A DNA stretch of 64,000 bases from an uncultured Bacilli bacterium. Its GTDB lineage: Bacteria > Bacillota_I > Bacilli_A > RF39 > UBA660. Below are positions 37,823-46,857 of this stretch, one piece after another. The stretch spans positions 17,736 to 81,735 of the forward strand of contig CANQHQ010000001.1 of assembly GCA_947623825.1 (NCBI GenBank), read 5' to 3'. The notes under the pieces are model-generated. The model did no database searches and had not been told where the DNA came from. It saw nothing but the letters and a program-made list of their open reading frames with translations. Numbering within the stretch: the first letter of the stretch is position 1; each line of letters starts with the position of its first letter. The translations under genes were made by a program, and so were the position numbers.

Positions 37823-38843
37823 CGTTTTCCTCCTTCTTACTTCTTAGTTGTCCGCATGCGGCACTTATTTTTGAACCAAATTCTTTTCGAATCGTGGCAT
37901 TGATTTTATTTTTCTTCAGTATATCATAAAATGCGAAAATCGTTTCCTTTTTACTCCGTTTTAACGAAATATTATTGGTTTCATTGTAAGGAATTAAATT
38001 GATGTAACAATTCATTCCTCGAACGAGATCAGCCAAAGCTTGCGCATCTTGTTTTCGATCATTGATTCCATCTAATAAAATATATTCAAATGTGACTCGA
38101 CGATTGGTCTTTTTTATGTATGCTTTCAAAGTTTCCATTAAAACCTCTATCGGATATTTTTTATTGATTGGCATAATTTGATTTCGAATTTCATTATTGG
38201 GTGCATGTAAACTAATCGCTAAATTTACTTGATATGGTAATTCTTGAAATTCCTGGATTTTAGGAACGATTCCACAAGTAGAGACTGTAATGTGTCTACT
38301 TCCTAAGGCAATTCCTAAATCATCATTCACAATTTCGATAAAGGAGATTAAATTGTCGTAATTATCAAAGGGTTCTCCAATTCCCATCACGACCACGTGA
38401 CTAATTCGCACTTGATTTTCCTTTTCGATTTCTAGGATTTGTTCCACCATTTCGTGTGTTTCTAGATTTCTTACTTTTTTTAAGCGTCCACTTTCACAGA
38501 ATTTGCATCCCATATTGCAACCTACTTCTGTCGAAATACAAACGCTATTTCCGTAATCATGGTTCATCAAAACGGCTTCTACTTTTTCCCCATCGATTAA
38601 TCGAAATAAGTATTTTTGAACGTCAATATCTTTTTCTATTTTCGTTATTTCAACTGTTTTCATAGTAAAGTTTTCTTCCAAATCCGCAATGACCTCCTTT
38701 TTTAAATTGGTCATTTCTTGGAAGGAAGATACTCTTTTTCGATAAAGCCATTCAAATACTTGATCTCCTCGAAATTTTTTATCTTGGTGTGAAACAAAGT
38801 ATTCTTGTAATTGTTTTCGCGTTAAATTATATATATTTTGCAT
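37800..38843 (-). CDS. rlmN: 23S rRNA / tRNA (adenine-C2)-methyltransferase RlmN (radical SAM)
   Basis: Radical SAM CNMGCKFCESG and C-terminal GQL motif. Conserved locus. Confidence 0.85.
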   Translation of the reverse strand: MQNIYNLTRKQLQEYFVSHQDKKFRGDQVFEWLYRKRVSSFQEMTNLKKEVIADLEENFTMKTVEITKIEKDIDVQKYLFRLIDGEKVEAVLMNHDYGNSVCISTEVGCNMGCKFCESGRLKKVRNLETHEMVEQILEIEKENQVRISHVVVMGIGEPFDNYDNLISFIEIVNDDLGIALGSRHITVSTCGIVPKIQEFQELPYQVNLAISLHAPNNEIRNQIMPINKKYPIEVLMETLKAYIKKTNRRVTFEYILLDGINDRKQDAQALADLVRGMNCYINLIPYNETNNISLKRSKKETIFAFYDILKKNKINATIRKEFGSKISAACGQLRSKKEENDGIILHN

Positions 38844-38994
38844 CGTCCCACTTCCACACTTTAATTATAACATGAAAAGAAGACTACCTATTCGATAATC
38901 TTCTTATTTGTCAACGAAAGTGTAAAGTTTTGTTCCAGTTCGTAAAGTTCTTTGGCGAACAGGAGAACTTTTTTCGCTTTTCAATTTCTTTTTT

Positions 38995-39360
38995 CTAGGA
39001 AAGAGTAATCCCCGCTATAGAAAGTAAAATCATTCCTAACATCAACATAGCCATCAAAAGATAGGTTCCCGTATAGGCATTTGGGGTTAGATTGCTTTCT
39101 TGCGAAGGTTCTACTACCGAAGGAGATTCTATAGGAGACTCTATCGAATCCGGCGTCTCTTCTAAAACCACTTCCGGTTGATTTACCTCTTCGATTTCTT
39201 CTTTTAGGATTGGCTTTACTTGCGTCTCATTCAAAGTCATAGGTTCGATTGGTTGTGGTGGTTCCATCTCTTCTTCTTGCCTTTCAAAAATAGGTTGAAG
39301 AACGATTGTATCTTCTAAATCTTCTTTGGTTTGATTTTCATTCCAGCTTTTCTCTTCCAT
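38995..39360 (-). CDS. hypothetical acidic protein with a C-terminal TM anchor (121 aa)
   Basis: ORF. C-terminal hydrophobic helix. Confidence 0.4.
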   Translation of the reverse strand: MEEKSWNENQTKEDLEDTIVLQPIFERQEEEMEPPQPIEPMTLNETQVKPILKEEIEEVNQPEVVLEETPDSIESPIESPSVVEPSQESNLTPNAYTGTYLLMAMLMLGMILLSIAGITLS

Positions 39361-39362
39361 AT

Positions 39363-39812
39363 TTATTCTCCTAACATTTCTCCATGAAAATGGCTATAGA
39401 TTGTGGAACCACAATCAAATAATCCAAACAGCTCCATGATATCATTTTCTTTTTCTTTTTGTTCTTTTGTTTTTGCTTCTCCAAAATAAATTACTTTATG
39501 ATTTTTGGGTGGTTCCAAGTTGGTTAAGGCGATATAGTAAGGAATTCCATCTCTACGAAACTGAAATCCATCGATGGTAGCCATATTATCCCACTTTTCA
39601 TTGTATTCTTTGACATCGGTAATATGGATGGTGGAATTCAATAGTTGATATAGTTCCAATACTTCAAAAACAAAAATTGCTTGTTCGATTTTTCCCAACA
39701 TGGACGGGTGATCAAGAGGGTAAAATTCATAGTCCATCGCTTCTAGTCTCCTACTGTATTTTTCTACAAGTTGAAACCATTTTTCTAGTTTTTCTTCCTC
39801 TACTTCTAACAT
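39363..39812 (-). CDS. hypothetical cytoplasmic protein (149 aa)
   Basis: ORF, 2 nt from the next gene. Confidence 0.4.
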   Translation of the reverse strand: MLEVEEEKLEKWFQLVEKYSRRLEAMDYEFYPLDHPSMLGKIEQAIFVFEVLELYQLLNSTIHITDVKEYNEKWDNMATIDGFQFRRDGIPYYIALTNLEPPKNHKVIYFGEAKTKEQKEKENDIMELFGLFDCGSTIYSHFHGEMLGE

Positions 39813-39823
39813 CTTTTTCCCTC

Positions 39824-40117
39824 CTATCCTTTGTATACTTTATATATCATCCACAATATCAAGAGGATGACACTACTTATATAACAAGTAATTGTGAAAA
39901 TTTGTAATCCGGATAATGGTTGTCTTTTACGTTCTTCGGCTTCTACTTCTTCCTCTTTTTCTTCTCTGAAAGGTAAAAACTTAAAAGAATGCGTTTTGAC
40001 TAAATATAAATTTTCGTGCTCGACATCCCAATCCGCTTCCTCTATTTGTGTATCTTTTTTTGTTTCACTTTGCGGAACCATAGGGGCAGATTTTTCTAAT
40101 TGTTCTATTTCGTCCAT
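39824..40117 (-). CDS. hypothetical protein with a C-terminal TM helix (97 aa)
   Basis: ORF. Confidence 0.35.
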   Translation of the reverse strand: MDEIEQLEKSAPMVPQSETKKDTQIEEADWDVEHENLYLVKTHSFKFLPFREEKEEEVEAEERKRQPLSGLQIFTITCYISSVILLILWMIYKVYKG

Positions 40118-40163
40118 CTCACGCCTCCTATTGTAGTCATTATCTCACTATTTTAGTTGACTG

Positions 40164-40931
40164 TCAATAAAGGGGAATGGTGAAATCTTCTGTACTTCCG
40201 ATATCTTGTAGTTCGATGGTGGCATAAAACGTAGTCGGTTCCCCTTTTAATAAAGTATGAAGACTTGAAAAATCTATATCGAATCGTTGAATGACACCAT
40301 TTTCAACGGTAAGAATCACCGTATTGGTTCCTCCTTGTGTGTCCACAAATTTCTTATCTTGGTAATAATTTTCTAATAGAATAGAATTATTTAGGGTATA
40401 CGTATATTGATTGTTATCGATGGTAGAGGCTTCCTCTTCTAAGATATTCGCAAGCGTAGAAATGTCGATATATCTCAAAAATTCACTCGGTTGTTCTACT
40501 AAGTGGTAAACTCCTTCTTCATTTTTTAGATAATTTTTGCTGAGTCGTGCATAGCTTTGACTACCATTCGCATCGACAATACTAAAAATTTCTTTCTCAT
40601 CTAATCTTTTTCCTGTAATCATTTGTTTTTGATCATTTTCAGTAAAAGTACAGAGATAACTATAATTGATTTCATAGTTTCCATTACTATTGGCTTCTAA
40701 TTCTGTTTGTAATTCTTGTGTTTCATCGGAAAGTTGTGGGTGCTCTGCATTGGCGGTCGACTGAGGAGAAGAATCGATTCCTTCTTCTGGAAGAGGCGTC
40801 ATCCGAATCGCAAGAATGAGAATTCCTATCAACGTTCCCATAATGATTAACATGGCAACGGCGTGAGCTCGTTCATTTTTTTCTTTGCCAAAGCACTGAT
40901 TCCATAAATTTTTCCAATCTTCTTTTTTCAT
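40164..40931 (-). CDS. hypothetical membrane-anchored extracytoplasmic protein (255 aa)
   Basis: N-terminal TM helix AVAMLIIMGTLIGILILAI. Confidence 0.4.
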   Translation of the reverse strand: MKKEDWKNLWNQCFGKEKNERAHAVAMLIIMGTLIGILILAIRMTPLPEEGIDSSPQSTANAEHPQLSDETQELQTELEANSNGNYEINYSYLCTFTENDQKQMITGKRLDEKEIFSIVDANGSQSYARLSKNYLKNEEGVYHLVEQPSEFLRYIDISTLANILEEEASTIDNNQYTYTLNNSILLENYYQDKKFVDTQGGTNTVILTVENGVIQRFDIDFSSLHTLLKGEPTTFYATIELQDIGSTEDFTIPLY

Positions 40932-40943
40932 GTATTCCCCTCT

Positions 40944-41894
40944 TTATTCTTTATTAAATATTTTTCCTAATAATTGATTTCCATCGTAGCCATGAAAGAA
41001 CTCTTCTACTTTTAATTTCTTTTTTCCTTCAAATTGAAGTTCCGTAATAATGATTTCTCCATCCTTGGTACTCACTCCGATTCCATCTTCGTAGATTTTT
41101 CCAATTTCTCCATTTTCTTTGGTTGTAAAAAAACTACTACTGATTTTCGAAGCATAAATTTTTACAATTTTTCCATCTAATGTAGCATAAGCTCCGGGCC
41201 ATGGATTGAGTCCACGAATTTGATTATAGATTTCGATGGTACTTTTATTAAAATCAATTTTTTCTTCTTCTCTTGTAATATTCCAAGCATAGGTTACTTC
41301 GCTTTCCTCTTGCGGAATGGGATGAATTTTTCCAGCGATGATATTAGGGATTGTCTGAAGAAGTAACTCTTTTCCCATTTGACTGAGGCGATCATGTAAG
41401 GTTCCTACTGTATCGGTCTGCCAAATTACTGTTTCGTCTTGGGCGATGATATCTCCTGCATCCATTTTTTCTACCATATACATGATGGTAACTCCCGTTC
41501 TTAGATAATTGTTTATAATCGCTTTATGAATTGGCGCACCTCCTCTTAATTTGGGTAAAAGAGAAGCATGCACATTGATACATTTGTATTTCGGATATTC
41601 TAAAATCTCTTTCGGAATCATTTGTCCATATGCACAAGTAACAATTAGGTCTGGTTTCCAGTCTAACACTTCTTGGTATTCTTGTTTAATTTTTCGTGGT
41701 TGAAAAATAGGAATTTCATGACGCAAAGCTACTTCTTTGACAGGAGAAGGTTTGATTTCGTGTTTTCTTCCTACTTCTTTATCCGGTTGGGTTACCACCC
41801 CTACTACTTCGTAATTTTCTATTAATCCTTCTAAGATAGGAACACTAAATTCTGGCGTTCCCATAAAGACAATTCGTACCGATTCTTTCTTCAT
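40944..41894 (-). CDS. fmt: methionyl-tRNA formyltransferase
   Basis: N-terminal RIVFMGTPEFSVPIL and the formyltransferase HASLLP motif. Conserved position upstream of rlmN. Confidence 0.85.
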   Translation of the reverse strand: MKKESVRIVFMGTPEFSVPILEGLIENYEVVGVVTQPDKEVGRKHEIKPSPVKEVALRHEIPIFQPRKIKQEYQEVLDWKPDLIVTCAYGQMIPKEILEYPKYKCINVHASLLPKLRGGAPIHKAIINNYLRTGVTIMYMVEKMDAGDIIAQDETVIWQTDTVGTLHDRLSQMGKELLLQTIPNIIAGKIHPIPQEESEVTYAWNITREEEKIDFNKSTIEIYNQIRGLNPWPGAYATLDGKIVKIYASKISSSFFTTKENGEIGKIYEDGIGVSTKDGEIIITELQFEGKKKLKVEEFFHGYDGNQLLGKIFNKE

Positions 41895-42496
41895 TTTTGT
41901 ATCTCCTTTATGAATGATAAGTAAATGTTTTTTAATTCTTGTTTTTGTTCTTGATTCATTCCTTTATATGGGTTTTTATAACTTTCGACTGTACTGAGAT
42001 GATGTCCTATAATTTTTCCTTCCTTGAGAAAATAAACATCTGGTACTGCCAATACTTTTTGATTGGTTTCTTCTTTCGTTTCCAAATAATCCCCTAAATA
42101 CTCTATCAATTGAGCTTTGGTTGCGTCACTCATTTGATGACTTTCGACGTAATAAATGGGAGATATGTTTTCTTCGATGGCTGTTTCTAGTAAGATAGGA
42201 ACAACATTGCGACACCATGGACATGAAGGATAACCAAAGTAAACAATTCCAGTCTTCGTTTTTAAAGTATCGATAATTTGATTTTCTTCTAAATATACGA
42301 TTGGATTTTTCCATGGAATTTTTACCTTGATGGTTTTTCCATTCGTGTAGGCGATACGATTTTCCGATTCATAATCAAACTTGAAGCGAAGAGAATCATT
42401 GGTTTGTAGAAGAAAGGCCAAACAGAAAATCAGTAAGATGAAAATTCCAACAATGATTGCAATTTCTTTGATTATTTTTTTTCTATGTTCTTTCAT
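41891..42496 (-). CDS. membrane-anchored thioredoxin-fold protein (CPWC active site)
   Basis: TM helix followed by GYPSCPWCRNVVP. Overlaps fmt by 4 nt. Confidence 0.6.
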   Translation of the reverse strand: MKEHRKKIIKEIAIIVGIFILLIFCLAFLLQTNDSLRFKFDYESENRIAYTNGKTIKVKIPWKNPIVYLEENQIIDTLKTKTGIVYFGYPSCPWCRNVVPILLETAIEENISPIYYVESHQMSDATKAQLIEYLGDYLETKEETNQKVLAVPDVYFLKEGKIIGHHLSTVESYKNPYKGMNQEQKQELKNIYLSFIKEIQK

Positions 42497-42815
42497 ACTT
42501 CACCTACTTTTCTCTTCTAGTATACCATAGAAAAACACTTATGTGATATAAGTGTTTCCGTTTTTCCTGTTTTTATTTTTAAATATTATATTTTCCACAT
42601 CCATAGGTATTGATTTTAAAACTATCAAGCATGGTGTTGTCGCACCCTAAACTTGTTAGGGTATATCCATAAAACCCTATATAATGGTTTCCGATGATTA
42701 TTTTTCTAATAAAATATAAAAGTTTAATACTTAAATCACATCACAAAGCGAACTAATGTATTAACATTAAATAGATAATTTAGTATAATGTTTTTAGTAT
42801 TTTGAAGGTGATAAA

Positions 42816-43547
42816 ATGATAGATGAAAAAAAAGAATATAATATTTATATTGATGAATCTGGGGATGAAGGAATAAATAAAGGCTCTAAATATTTCATTT
42901 TAACTGCCATTATGGTGGAAAAAGAAAAGGACTTAGAAATTTCTAGATCTGTTGATGATATTAAAAAATCTCTGGAAATGAATAATAAAATCCAACTACA
43001 TTGGAAATTATTAAAAGGATTTCCCAATAAAAGAATGATAATGGAAACTGTAAGTAATTTAGAAATAACTATAATAAACATTATTATTGATACAAGTAGT
43101 ATAACTTACATTCCTTCAAATAACATATACTTCTATTTTAGCGGATATTTATATGAAAGAATTTGTTGGTTAATGTCTGAACGAAATGGAGTTGCGAATA
43201 TTAATATTAGTTCAAGAGGAAATCTTTCAAAAAAATCACTAGGAAATTTTGTAAATAGTAGAAATCATAAAAAATTTGAAATTGATTCTTCAAAAATTAA
43301 AACTATTAAAATAATTCCTAATGAAAGAAAAAAATTACTACAACTTGCTGATTGTTGCTGCAGTGCATTGTTTCAAGCTTTAAAATACAATGATAAAACT
43401 CATTTTGACTATATCAAAATAATTAAGAATAAAATATATTCTAAAAAAGGAAATTTTATTAGTTATGGATTAAAATTGGTTCCGAGTAGTAGCAATTCTA
43501 TTGAGATTAAAAACTTAATTGAATATTTAAAGCAAAATAAAAAGTGA
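42816..43547 (+). CDS. DUF3800 family protein (243 aa) in a very AT-rich islet
   Basis: N-terminal YIDESGD motif, characteristic of DUF3800. Codon usage is much more AT-rich than in neighbouring genes. Confidence 0.55.
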   Translation: MIDEKKEYNIYIDESGDEGINKGSKYFILTAIMVEKEKDLEISRSVDDIKKSLEMNNKIQLHWKLLKGFPNKRMIMETVSNLEITIINIIIDTSSITYIPSNNIYFYFSGYLYERICWLMSERNGVANINISSRGNLSKKSLGNFVNSRNHKKFEIDSSKIKTIKIIPNERKKLLQLADCCCSALFQALKYNDKTHFDYIKIIKNKIYSKKGNFISYGLKLVPSSSNSIEIKNLIEYLKQNKK

Positions 43548-43717
43548 GCTTTCCCCTGACTAAAGGAACCCACAAGGCAAGCTTGCTGGTGTGAATTAAT
43601 CGCACCCTTCAGTAACTCAGCGAACTACTCACTCACTGACAAGATTTTATACCAAAAAGGCACATCTTGTCAATATTATTATACGAAAAATCATAAATAA
43701 ATATACGTTATACGTTT

Positions 43718-43975
43718 TTATTTTTTCCAAAGGATGGTGCCTATCTTGTGTCCCTCTACTATGAGAGAAATAGGTCGATTCGTCCAGTCTATTTTATTTT
43801 CGGATAAATAGGATTGAATTTCTTCTTCTAACGTTTTTCCTATCATCTTTTTACCAAAGCCACAGGCCAATTCTTCCTCTGCTTGGAGGTACACTTTAAG
43901 AACTTCTTTCTCTTTCATTATTTTTTCAATCATTTTCTCACCAATTATAGATTGGTTCTTTTTTTGTTTTTTCAT
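43718..43975 (-). CDS. small hypothetical protein (85 aa) immediately downstream of priA
   Basis: ORF, 4-nt gap to priA. Confidence 0.35.
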   Translation of the reverse strand: MKKQKKNQSIIGEKMIEKIMKEKEVLKVYLQAEEELACGFGKKMIGKTLEEEIQSYLSENKIDWTNRPISLIVEGHKIGTILWKK

Positions 43976-43979
43976 TCTA

Positions 43980-46154
43980 TCAAATATGAAATGGATTGAA
44001 ATCGATATCGATTTTCACTTGGCGATTCGAAATATAATGTTCTATCAATGTAGAGAGGACGGAATGTAAGTTTTCTTCTTTTTTGTATTTAATGATTAAC
44101 TGAAAGCGATAAACGTTGTTTACGCGAAAGACCCCCGCCATGGATGGTCCTAGCAAAAGGGAATTTTCTAAGTGACTCTTTAAATAATCCCCTACTTTTT
44201 TACTTTCTGTTTTAGCCATTTCATAGTCACTACTTAATATTTTGATAGAAACCAAATAATAGTAAGGTGGGTAATCTAGTTCATGTCTAATTTTCATCTC
44301 TTGTTCATAAAAAGAAGAATAGTCGTGCGTTTTGGCACATTGAATGGCATAGTGTTCTGGATTATACGTTTGAATGAGGACTTCTCCTTCTTTTTCTCCT
44401 CGACCACTTCTTCCTGCTACTTGACTGAGTAATTGAAAAGTATATTCACTACTACGAAAATCTGGAATATTGAGGGAAGTATCTGCCTGAATGACGCCGA
44501 CTAATGTCACTTCTTTAAAATCGAGTCCTTTCGCTATCATTTGGGTTCCTAAAAGAATGTCATATTCCTGGTTTTGGAAAGCAGTAATCATTTTTTCATG
44601 AGCCCCTTTTCGACTTGTCGTATCCAAATCCATGCGTAAGATTCTTGCTTCTGGAAATTTCTTTTGTAATTCCTCTTCTACTTTTTCTGTACCAATTCCT
44701 AACTGATTCATCGCTTCTTCTTGACACTTTGGACATTTTTCTTTTTTATTTGTCGCATATCCACAGTAATGGCAACGAAGCATTTGACTAGATTTATGAT
44801 AGGTTAAAGTAATATCACAATTGGGACATTTTTCGACGTACCCACAATGACGACAGGAAACAAAGGAAGCATATCCCCGTCGATTTAATAGTAAGATCAC
44901 CTGTTCTTTTTTCTCTAAACGTTCTCTTATTTTTTGAAGCAAGGGATTCGAAAAAGTTTGAAATCCATTCGTCTCGTTTAAGTCAATGATCGTTACTTTA
45001 GGGAGAGGTTTTTGATTGATTCTTTCTTTCATTTCTAATAATTCATATACCCCTTTTTTGGCTCTTGCGTAACTTTCTAATGTCGGCGTGGCACTACCTA
45101 AAATGAGGGGGCAACGATGGTATTGACATCTTTCTTTGGCAATATCAATGGCACTGTACTTGGGCGTAGATTCCTGTTTATAAGAAGTCGTATGTTCTTC
45201 ATCGATAATGATGACTCCTATATTTTTAAGAGGAGCAAAAATGGCACTTCTTGCGCCAATGACAATCTTTACTTCCTGTCTTGCGATTCTTCTCCACTCA
45301 TCATATTTTTCTCCTTGACTTAGTCGACTATGGAGGATGGCAATATCATTGCCAAATCTTCCTTTGAATCGAGCCACCATCTGTTCTGTCAAAGAAATTT
45401 CTGGTACCAGAACAATACTGGTTTTGTCTCTTTTTAATCCATCCTCGATGATTTCCATGTATACTTCTGTTTTTCCACTTCCGGTTACCCCATGAAGAAG
45501 GAAACAGGTTGGTTCGTCTTTCTTTTTTTCAATGGCAGCGACTACGTTTTGCTGAAGTGGTGTGAGTGGATATTTGGGAAGTGGAGGATATTCTTTTTTG
45601 AGTCGATATTGTTCCTGTTTTTCTTCTATCAAGAGTCCGTGTTTTACTAGAGTCTTTACACTACTAGAAGAAATCGCATCCAATCTCGATTTGATTACTT
45701 TTTTTTCTATTTTTAATAAATCGACAATTTGTTGTTGGGGTCCTTTAAGAGGAGAAAGTTCCTCTTTCTCATTTAAGGAATAATAAGTGTCTATTTTCTT
45801 TCCGATTTGCGTCTTTTTTTCTGCTTTTAACGCTTTCGGAAGCATAATCTGATAACAAGAAATCAAAGTCGCTAATGTCATCTCACTCATTTTTTTCCCA
45901 AGCATCAATAATTCTTCATTGAGAATGACTTCTTCATCGATGACTTCGATGATTTCTTTCAATTTTTCTTCATCGTATACTTCTTCATTGGCTTCTTTGA
46001 TTTTGAGGACAAATCCTTCTAGTTTTTGACTTCCAAAAGGAACTAGAACCCGGATTCCTACTTGTATCTTATTTTCCAACGAGAAAGGAACAGCGTAATC
46101 GAATGTTTTATCCACATTTCGATTGGCTAATTCTACTAATACTTCGACAGTCAT
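43980..46154 (-). CDS. priA: primosomal protein N' (PriA helicase)
   Basis: Walker A GVTGSGKTE, DEEH box, Zn-binding CxxC pairs (CRHCGY...CPNCD...CHYCG...CPKCQ), 724 aa. Confidence 0.85.
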   Translation of the reverse strand: MTVEVLVELANRNVDKTFDYAVPFSLENKIQVGIRVLVPFGSQKLEGFVLKIKEANEEVYDEEKLKEIIEVIDEEVILNEELLMLGKKMSEMTLATLISCYQIMLPKALKAEKKTQIGKKIDTYYSLNEKEELSPLKGPQQQIVDLLKIEKKVIKSRLDAISSSSVKTLVKHGLLIEEKQEQYRLKKEYPPLPKYPLTPLQQNVVAAIEKKKDEPTCFLLHGVTGSGKTEVYMEIIEDGLKRDKTSIVLVPEISLTEQMVARFKGRFGNDIAILHSRLSQGEKYDEWRRIARQEVKIVIGARSAIFAPLKNIGVIIIDEEHTTSYKQESTPKYSAIDIAKERCQYHRCPLILGSATPTLESYARAKKGVYELLEMKERINQKPLPKVTIIDLNETNGFQTFSNPLLQKIRERLEKKEQVILLLNRRGYASFVSCRHCGYVEKCPNCDITLTYHKSSQMLRCHYCGYATNKKEKCPKCQEEAMNQLGIGTEKVEEELQKKFPEARILRMDLDTTSRKGAHEKMITAFQNQEYDILLGTQMIAKGLDFKEVTLVGVIQADTSLNIPDFRSSEYTFQLLSQVAGRSGRGEKEGEVLIQTYNPEHYAIQCAKTHDYSSFYEQEMKIRHELDYPPYYYLVSIKILSSDYEMAKTESKKVGDYLKSHLENSLLLGPSMAGVFRVNNVYRFQLIIKYKKEENLHSVLSTLIEHYISNRQVKIDIDFNPFHI

Positions 46155-46638
46155 ACGGATTCCTCCTTTTCTTTATTATACAATCAATCTCTCTTCTTGG
46201 GTTCTCTTTTCAGAAAAATCCACATTTTTTGTCAATGAGTTTTTTCTTTTTTTTGTAGTTGTAAAATGATTCATATCTTTCGAAATTCATTTTATATTAT
46301 CATTTGATTATTTTGAATCCCATATTTATAAAATAAGATAGCAAGTAAAAAGAGCCTTGCGGCTCCCTGGATGATGGTGTGGTTCGTTTCATTTTCTAAA
46401 TATTTATCTTTCTTTTAATTTTGATAAAATTAGTTATTTCACGTCATCATAAAGTAAAATTTTAAATTTTAGTAGTTCAATAAGTGCTTGAGATTCTTTC
46501 TCAACTACCTTTTCCATCTTCCTTCATCTAACCAATTCGACATTCCATGATTCAAATTATATCTTGTAGATACGCGTTTTTCATTGTTTTTATATTATAG
46601 TTAGTCATCTCTCTAATTAGTATTACAATTCATTTCTC

Positions 46639-46675
46639 ATTTCGCAAAAATCAATTATTTTGGTTTTTGCGAAAT
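46639..46675. promoter_or_regulatory. perfect 12-bp inverted repeat ATTTCGCAAAAA-N13-TTTTTGCGAAAT in a 700-bp AT-rich intergenic region
   Basis: Both arms are exact reverse complements. No adjacent T-run, so it looks more like an operator or structured element than a terminator. Confidence 0.35.
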
Positions 46676-46857
46676 GAAAATTGTGGACATTGTTTCAAAA
46701 CTTTTATATTTTTAATGTTTTTTTTTATTTGGATTATGAGTTTTATACAGTTTTTGTATCATTTATCCTTGTATCCATTGAATATCGTCATTCACTTCCA
46801 AATATTTTAACTATTAAAAATCAGAATTTTTTTCTATTTGTCTTTTTTTATTTTCTT

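Noticed and set aside
46155-46857. Possible oriC / DnaA-box cluster near priA
   Set aside because: Only two 7/9 matches to TTATCCACA and no dnaA/dnaN context.
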